Below are positions 15,201-25,100 of a stretch of 64,000 bases of DNA, in pieces. The DNA is taken from the NCBI GenBank assembly GCA_012295275.1, contig CM022676.1, positions 16,058,001 through 16,122,000 of the forward strand, in the 5' to 3' direction. The position numbers were made by a program, and so were the translations under genes. Source of the DNA: Chrysomallon squamiferum. Taxonomy: Eukaryota > Animalia > Mollusca. The notes under the pieces are model-generated. The model was given only the letters and a program-made list of their open reading frames with translations, made no database searches and was not told where the DNA came from. How positions within the stretch are numbered: the stretch's first letter is position 1; each line of letters opens with the position of its first letter.

Positions 15201-17215
15201 ATTATGTTTTCTGACTTTAAATGTATTATTATTATTTTCGATCAGACCATTGTCACAAAACGCCTATATATCAGAACTTATTATTTATTTGAAAATTGCA
15301 TTTATTAATGCCGAAATAAATTTGAATTATCTCATACTATTTATGATAGTATTTGTGAAACAAGGAGAGTACTACTTAACAATTAAAAAATTATATGTCT
15401 TTGCACGGGTGTATCTGTATATATTTCAACCTTTCAGTACATTAATATTAGAAATATTGGTTGACGATATTTATGGCAATACTAGGAATATAGCGACATC
15501 TTTATTTTACCTAATTTTATTTTATTTTACGACATGCATGCTTGTTTGTTGCTTTGTTCGTTGTTGGTTTTTATTACACAAATCATAATGTTCATAGTTA
15601 CAGATCAGACGTAACCTGTTATTATTTCAGTACCAGTACGGTTAGTGAATGGAAGAGGAATACCAACAGAAGGTCGAGTTGAGATTGAAGTAAACGGGAC
15701 GTGGGGAACAATCTGTGATGATGATTTTGCTGACAAAGATGCTTCTGTTTTATGTCACATGTTAGGATTTAGTCGGTAATTGCTTCATTTATTTACCTAC
15801 TTACTTACTTTCTTACTGAGTTTGTGCAAGAGAATATTTTATACAGATGTAATTTATTTGGTTTTACTGATGATGAAAGTTAGTGATGATATTTACGTGA
15901 AATACTTTTTGACAGGATCGTTAATAATAATAATAATAAGAATAATAATAATAACAATAATAATAATAATAAGAAAAGAAGAAGAAGAAGAAGAAGAAAA
16001 ATAACAATAGTAATAATAATAGTAATAATAATAATAATAATAACAATAATGATAATAATAATTGCTATGAGAGGAAGAAGAAACAAAAAAGAACATCAAC
16101 AGCAAGTACAACAAAAAGTAACAGCAGTAGTAATTTCTAGCAATGATGATCTTGAGCGTTATAGGAACTATAATCAAGTCATCTTTGAATAATCAAATTT
16201 CGCTGGCGATATTTACACTATCTTTTTGGTAGCAAAGCATACATATTAAACATAGTTGAAATCACTTAGAAATTAACAAATGTCTTCTGAAAACGTCAGG
16301 ACTACGAGAAGATCTGTTGAAGGTGTTGTGGAAACCATGTTCAGTAATATTCATTTTACTCTACATATTATTTATTTTACAATGCATATTAATTTTATTT
16401 AAGGTTTAATGCTACATCATATCAAAATGCTCACTTTGGAGAGGGAACTGGACAAATCTGGCTTGATGATCTGAGATGTGATGGAGATGAAGACAGTGTT
16501 GAAAAGTGTTCATTTCGTGGCTGGGGAAAACACAACTGTCATCACTCAGAGGATGCTGGTATCAGCTGCCAATGTCAGTTTACATGTGACATTTTATTTT
16601 ATTTTATATTATTTAATTTACCTGTTTGTCAGCTACAAAACGTGATGCATGTTTTCTAAAAGATTATATTTAAAAATTTAATTTTGCAATCATCAGCTTC
16701 TCACAAAATAGCTTAACTTTTTTCATCCACATGTTTTATCACCATCTTACATTCTGTCTTTAAATTGGTATTCGGATGGGAATCGTTACACTCAAATGTC
16801 ATTATCCGTTACATGTCTCTAGAAGCAATTGGATACATTACGTTATGTGATTCAAGATATTCTTTACTTATGACTATATTTAGTTTTTATTAATTCATTC
16901 ATGAATTTGTATTTCCATTTATTTTTAATTTCTGTATGTATTTTATAACGGCTGGACATACTGCAGAGCTGTAAGAAATTCCATCTGCTCATATGAAACA
17001 TCTATCTCATTTACTTAAAAGCTATCTTCAAATGCATTAAACCCGCAGCAAATATCAAATTAATTTTTTATTTTTTTTTCTAACTTTACTTGAAATAAGA
17101 ATTATTGTTTTTATTCACTTGTTTTTTTTCTGACCATGATAAATTAATACTCTCATACCATATCTTTCATTTGCAGTTATAATGATACTATTTATTTATT
17201 TATGTATTTATGTAT

Positions 17216-17250
<35 letters not shown>

Positions 17251-20200
17251 TTTCTAGATGGAGTCCTGTCTGTTGCATTCATTCCCTCAGCTCCAGGAAA
17301 CATTGTTGAAGGAGAGACTCTAAATGTGTCCTGTGTGGCTAATTGTGACTCATCTTGTGTCTACACGTGGATAAGTGGAGATCGGTATTTGGTTAAGAGT
17401 TCTGTATTAACTGTTGGTCCTGTCAGCAGAAATCAGACAGGAGAAACATTTACATGTACAACAAGATATAATAGAAATTCAGGAAGTAACGAGTTCCAGC
17501 TTAGAGTTCTGTGTAAGCTCCAGATTCACAGATAAACTTACAACTATAAATACAAAGACGCTATAAATAAATAAATGAATAAACATCACATCTCAGGTTT
17601 ACATTTCTAACTCGTCTCGCCAAAATATGTGTTAAATAAAAGCATATTAATAAAATATACAAATATTTTAAAATAAAATCCAATGGTGTCTTCAGATTTT
17701 TCGCTTACATATTTTACCTTTTTTAAACTATATTTGAAACAAAAACTCAACATTTTTTAAAAAAAAAAAATTTATGCATTCATTATGCAAAGTTTTAAAA
17801 AGATAAACATTTACCATTTCTTTTCCGGTGTAATAGGCATACACTTCCACACCAGTAATATCTCATCTGTATTAAGAATTTATCCTTCACAATCATTTCT
17901 TTTTTAGTCATAATTAAATTATATTCAAGTTTTTCTTTATCTTGGATTCGAACTCAACACCATGAAATCGACTTCTAAATTTTTGCAGATCAAAAGTCAG
18001 TGACTTCAGATTTAGTAAATAGTTTTCTTTCATTGCAGACCAAACTTCTATTACATATTTGAGGTTGAACTCAAATTCTACAAAGATAACAGTTGATGAG
18101 CTGACTCCCATGACTCTGAGATGTGAAGTAGACAGTAATCCAGCATCTCACATCAAACTGTTGAACAACTCACACATTCTACGTGAAGTGAACAACTCCA
18201 AGTCAGTGGAGTACAGCTGGAATGAAGCTGGATGTCTGGATACAGGATTTTACACTTGTGAAGCAGGAAACAACGTCAAGTCTGATGTCAGTCAAAGCGT
18301 CGAACTTGTTGTTAAATGTAACTGCTATTTTTTACACACATTAGAATATCAGTAATCGTAAAATAGGCAACTTACATACACTGGTATATAAGTATATACA
18401 CAAACACACATACAGCAACACATATGCAGACACGTTCAGACATCCAAACATACACTAGCGCACTCTTTTCAATTTATTCTAATATGATCAGGTTTATCAA
18501 CGTTAATTAGCCTGACTGTCTTTTTGCCTACAAGGTCCACCGAGGATTCCTTCCAATGTGAACATAAAGAGAATCAGCTCTTCTGCCATCTCAGTGTCTT
18601 GGACAGAGGAATTTAACGGCGGCTTCGTGCAAATATTCATTGTACAGTACAGAGAAAGCACGTCAACACACTGGAACAACGTCACAGAGAAATTTCTAGA
18701 ACGTGGTCTACACACAACCCATACAACAGTGATAGCATCTCTGAAATCAGACACGAAGTATTTTGTGAGGATTTTGTCTTATAACAAATACGGAGATAAA
18801 GGTTTTACAGATGAGAAAGATATTTTGATGACAGGTACGCATATTAATAAAGAGGTAACATGCACTTCAGTAAAGTTATGTATCATAGTATTTTATTTGG
18901 TGACAGTCTCGATAGGACCGGAAAACAGTTTTATAGCTTATTTGACCATGAACGTTTTAGAAATTGCAATTATTGTGCGCTATCTTTGCACTTCTGGATG
19001 CAAATTTATTGCATAGATGAATCATTTTTGCACCTTTTCTTTTCAAATAGAAACTAAAATATTCTTCGTGATGTTTCTAAATGCACATTTCATTTGCTGT
19101 TACACTGATGCAAGTTATTTCGTTTATGTTTTTTCTTTCTTTCAAATATATGCATATATATATATATATATATATATTTGTAGATGGAGCCCTTTCTGTT
19201 GCATTCAGTCTTTCAGCTCCAGGAAACATTGTTGAAGGAGAAATTCTAAGTGTGATCTGTGTGGCTGATTGTGATTCATCTTGTGTCTACACGTGGAGAA
19301 GTGAAGATCGGTATTTGGTCAACAGCTCTGAGTTAACTGTTGGTCCTGTGAGCAGAAATCAGACAGGACAAACATTTTCATGTACAGCAAATAGTTCTGA
19401 ACGTTCAGGAAGTAACCAGTTCCAGCTTAGTATTCTTTGTAAGTTCCAGATTCACAGATAAAGTTCCAACTTCAAATTCGCACGCACGCGCACACACATG
19501 TCAAAAAAACAAACAGAAACATTAAGATAAACATTAAATACAAGCTTTGCATTTTTTCTTCATCTCTGCAAACTGTGTGTTACGTGAAAGCATGACAATG
19601 ATATATAAGTATATCATATATTAGCATAATTCAAGCTTTTCAACTTTATAAATAGCATGTGTGCAGCGATTACTTCATCATTTCTTCATCCTTTTCCATA
19701 TCTCACTCGCACCAAAATTGTACTTTAGTGCTCACAGCTTAACAATGTTTTTCTATTTCTCATTCCCAGTAAAACAGTTGTTGAAGCTTTTCAACTTTAT
19801 AAACATCATTTTGTTGTTGTTGTTCTTCTTTTTTTTGTGTGTTTTTTTCGCTTTATTTCTTTTTGACAGACATACATTTCCAAGCCAGTAATGCTTCACC
19901 TATTATAAGAATCTGTCACTCACAATAATCGATTGTTTATCATATATAAATTATATTGTAGCTTTTCTTCATTCTGGACTCAATTTCTAAAATGATTCAT
20001 TCAAAAAAGCGAATGTCTCTTAAATTGTTCAAAACTAATGACAAGTACATGTGGAATATCTTTGACCTTCCGCTTTACTGAACTCTTCAAATATCTGATT
20101 GCTATCATCATTTCGTTTTGAAACTTCATTACATGTTCTGTTTCTTCATTTTTTTTTACGAAATTATTGTCATCCACAATAGAAAACATCAGAGTCTACT

Positions 20201-21380
20201 GGAGAAAGGTGTCAGAGTAGACAGTGATACAGATGTGCTGACACTGTCACCTTCGCACTACAGTACTTGTGTGAAAAAGTTAAAACTTATTTTGCTTTAG
20301 CTACATAAAAATAAACAATTTTTATAAATATCGTTCCTACTTTAAATCAATATAAATAATATTTAACTTTTTTCATTTTATTCTGTGTTCATTCGAATTT
20401 ACTAGTAAATGGCTTGTTTCATCTTGCAGCTCAAACGTCAGTGATTTCACGTGTAGTAAATGTGTTTGTATTATTGCAGACCAAACTTATATTACATCTT
20501 TGACGTTAAACTCGAAGTCTACAAAGATAACAGTTGATGAGCTGACTCCCATGTCTCTGAGATGTGAAGTTGACAGTAATCCAGCATCTCACATCAAACT
20601 GTTAAACAGATCATACATTCTACGTGAAGTGAACAACTCCAAGACAGTGGAGTACAGCTGGAATGAAGCTGGATGTCTGGATACAGGATTTTACACTTGT
20701 GAAGCAGGAAACAACATCAACTCTGATGTCAGTCAAAGCGTGCAGCTCGCTGTTAAATGTAACTTCCATTTTTAACACATTAGATTATCAGTAATAGCAA
20801 AATAAACAAGTTACGCACATGAATATAAGCATATATACATATATGCCTATATACATATACACGGAGACGCACATACAAACGCATATATCCACACTGTTTT
20901 CTTTTTTCTTCTGATATGGTCAGGTTTATCAACGTTAATTAGCCTGACTGTGTTTTTGCCTACAAGGTCCACCTAGGATTCCTTCCAATGTGAACATAAA
21001 GAGAATTCAGCTCTTCTGCCATCTCAGTGTCTTGGACAGAGGAATTTAACGGCGGCTTCGTGCAAACATTTATAGTACAGTACAGACAAAGCACGTCAGC
21101 ACAGTGGAACAACGTCACAGAGAAATTTCTAGAACGTGGTCTGCATACAACCCATACAACAGTGATAGGGTATCTGAAATCAGACACGAAGTATCTTGTG
21201 AGGATTTTGGCTTATAACAAATACGGAGTGAAAGGTTTTACAGATGAGAGATATATTTTGATGACAGGTACGTATATTAATAATGAGGTAACATACATTT
21301 TAATATTCTGTTTCTTGCTTTTCCGATACAGGTAAACATGATATTGTTTTATTCGTTTGTAGTACCTATTTTTCTGAGAG

Positions 21381-21457
<77 letters not shown>

Positions 21458-22103
21458 GTTATTATTAGTAGTATTCATTTTGGTTTTGCGATAACTATAA
21501 CATTTGAAAACCAATTGTACAGGTGAAATTTTATATAAATGATCTTAGTAACAATACTGATGATTTTCTGGTATTTGTATAGTGTAGTTGCTTTTTTCCA
21601 GTACTGATTTACATATTAATTTTAAAATATTACATTATTCTCAGTATGATATTTAAAATTCATTAGCAAACTTTCCTTACCTCTGTCCTATCTTAAACCT
21701 TTATTTCAATATATTAGCGTGTTGTAATACATATTCCTTTAAGCTATATTTTATTACCTGTGTCAAACACTAGTAGTTTGTATGACATATCTCTATTCAA
21801 ATGAACAATTGTTGTTTCAGATGACGTGTCTAATATAAATTTGATAGTAGTCGCTGTTGGATCTGGATCAGGGATTCTCGTTTTAACTCTTCTTGTTGTC
21901 GCAACTGTCTTCATGTGCCGTAGACTGAGAAGAAGTTCGTACTGTTTCTTTCTTTTGTTTAAGTTTCAAAGTGCAAACGTGTGTCGTAGTGCATCTTCCT
22001 CTACGTCTATGTGTTTGTGAAAGAGATAGATCGGAAAATATGTAATACTTAAACAATTTGAGATAAATAGGAATACGCTTTGAAACAAAATAAAATTATC
22101 ATG

Positions 22104-22168
<65 letters not shown>

Positions 22169-25100
22169 CATCTTCCATAATAAAATAAAATGAAATTTAT
22201 TTTTATAAAGTATCGTTATTTAATATAACAAAATGTTGTGAAACGTTTTACCAGTTCACCTCATATTAGTTTGTGTTTGTTTGTTATTTTAGTACCTGTT
22301 ATTTTTATTTAACTTTGTTGTTTTTAGGAAATGCAAAAGATGAACATGTGCATGGAACAAGGTAACACTGACTCATAGTATGAATTAATGTAGTTTATTA
22401 TTGTTGTAACAGTGTATATGTTGGTAAATAGTGTGTTCATGTGTAACAGTGATTGTACATTTTATTGCCTATAAATGAATGAAAACATGTATAATGGAAA
22501 CGAAATGTTAAGAGTCTTCTGATAAAATATCCTATCCTGTTTTAATATCAGTGGTGTAACTTTCCAATCGGTTATTTGTGTGTTGAAGTGAAGCTTTGAG
22601 TTCTAAATGACGAACACAGTTCAGAGTTTTTATAACCAGTGAATCTGTAACCATGAGCAAATACCGATTGATGTCCCAAATATTTATGTGTAGTAGCCTC
22701 TGGTTTATTGACTATCTTGTGAGAGTTGACACATTGTTGTCTGGACGTAGATTCTCATTCTAACTCCAGACAGTTGGGTTAATGACACTGCGCTGTCGTG
22801 TACAGTTGTGTTAAATACACTGGGCTGTCGTGTACAGTTGTGTTAAATACACTGGGCTGTCGTGTACAGTTGTGTTAAATACACTGGGCTGTCGTGTACA
22901 GTTGTGTTAAATACACTGGGCTGTCGTGTACAGTTGTGTTAAATACACTGGGCTGTCGTCTGCAGTTGTGTTAAATACACTGGTGTCTAGTGTACAGTTG
23001 TGTTAAATACACTGGGCTGTCGTCTGCAGTTGTGTTAATGACACTCGGCTGACGTGTACAGTTGTGTTAATGACACTCGGCTGACGTGTACAGTTGTGTT
23101 AATGACACTCGGCTGACGTGTACAGTTGTGTTAATGACACTCGGCTGACGTGTACAGTTGTGTTAATGACACCCGGCTGACGTGTACAGTTGTGTTAATG
23201 ACACCGGCAGTCGTGTACAGATTAATGACACTCGGCTGACGTGTACAGTTGTGTTAATGACACTCGGCAGTCGTGTACAGTTGTGTTAATGACACTCGGC
23301 AGTCGTGTACAGTTGTGTTAATGACACTCGGCTGACGTGTACAGTTGTGTTAATGACACTCGGCAGTCGTGTACAGTTGTGTTAATGACACTCGGCTGAC
23401 GTGTACAGTTGTGTTAATGACACTCGGCTGACGTGTACAGTTGTGTTAATGACACTCGGCAGACGTGTACAGTTGTGTTAATGACACTCGGCTGACGTGT
23501 ACAGTTGTGTTAATGACACTCGACTGACGTGTACAGTTGTGTTAATGACACTCGGCTGACGTGTACAGTTGTGTTAATGACACCCGGCTGACGTGTACAG
23601 TTGTGTTAATGACACTCGGCAGTCGTGTACAGTTGGACACTCGGCTGACGTGTACAGTTGTGTTAATGACACTCGGCAGTCGTGTACAGTTGTGTTAATG
23701 ACACTCGGCAGTCGTGTACAGTTGTGTTAATGACACTCGGCTGACGTGTACAGTTGTGTTAATGACACTCGGCAGTCGTGTACAGTTGTGTTAATGACAC
23801 TCGGCTGACGTGTACAGTTGTGTTAATGACACTCGGCTGACGTGTACAGTTGTGTTAATGACACTCGGCTGACGTGTACAGTTGTGTTAATGACACTCGG
23901 CAGTCGTGTACAGTTGTGTTAATGACACTGTCCTGTCGTGTACAGTTGTGTTAATGACACTGTCCTGTCGTGTACAGTTGTGTTAATGACACTGGGCTGT
24001 CCTGTACAGTTGTGTTAATGACACTGGGCTGTCGTGTACAGTTGTGTTAATGACACTCGGCAGACGTGTACAGTTGTGTTAATGACACTGTCCTGTCGTG
24101 TACAGTTGTGTTAATGACACTGTCCTGACGTGTACAGTTGTGTTAATGACACTGTCCTGTCGTGTACAGTTGTGTTAATGACACTGGGCTGTCCTGTACA
24201 GTTGTGTTAATGACACTGGGCTGTCGTGTACAGTTGTGTTAATGACACTCGGCAGTCGTGTACAGTTGTGTTAATGACACTCGGCAGTCGTGTACAGTTG
24301 TGTTAATGACACTCGGCAGTCGTGTACAGTTGTGTTAATGACACTGGGCTGTCGTGTACAGTTGTGTTAATGACACTCGGCAGTCGTGTACAGTTGTGTT
24401 AATGACACTCGGCAGTCGTGTACAGTTGTGTTAATGACACTCGGCTGACGTGTACAGTTGTGTTAATGACACTCGGCAGTCGTGTACAGTTGTGTTAATG
24501 ACACTCGGCTGACGTGTACAGTTGTGTTAATGACACTCGGCTGACGTGTACAGTTGTGTTAATGACACTCGGCAGACGTGTACAGTTGTGTTAATGACAC
24601 TCGGCAGTCGTGTACAGTTGTGTTAATGACACTCGGCAGACGTGTACAGTTGTGTTAATGACACTGTCCTGTCGTGTACAGTTGTGTTAATGACACTGGG
24701 CTGTCCTGTACAGTTGTGTTAATGACACTGGGCTGTCGTGTACAGTTGTGTTAATGACTCTGGGCTGTCGTTGTCAATGTTAGTGAATTTTACACCGTTT
24801 TCCACGTATCTTTAATGTGTTTATTGATTAACACATCTTTCTCTGAAGTGAGAAAACTGATCCTTGCTGATCCAGAATGTGTTATACTAAACATTTATAA
24901 CCATATTCTGAAATGGTGATCTATCAGTAGGGGATGTTTTTGATGTGATATTTGCTGCTTTCAATGTCCAATCTTGACCACACAGATTTCTTTAAGAGAG
25001 TGACCGCAGGCGTACATCACTCTTTGGGTCCCGTTTTCCACTTCAGACAATGGAACACTGTCAAATTTACATTTTTCTTTTTCTTTTGATATCTTTCCAG

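Larger units (their letters stand above)
19178..21295 (+). repeat. Tandem duplication of the Ig-Ig-FN3 cassette (17250-18862)
   Basis: Exon sizes 255/279/300 versus 255/279/301, with homologous intron flanks. Confidence 0.93.

Noticed and set aside
3919-16573. Calling the gene DMBT1, CD163 or neurotrypsin
   Set aside because: The domains have 6 Cys and are split over two exons (group A). There is no CUB/ZP or protease domain, and the Ig-FN3-TM C-terminus fits none of these, so no symbol is assigned.
20180-20270. Possible degenerate Ig fragment (VYWRK..DVLTLSP) in the Ig3-Ig4 intron
   Set aside because: It needs a frameshift and the similarity is too short to support.
22770-24771. CRISPR-like array (constant palindromic repeat plus variable segment)
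   Set aside because: The variable part is only about 8 nt and recycles a handful of variants. There are no unique spacers and no cas genes, and it lies in a eukaryotic intron: it is a minisatellite.
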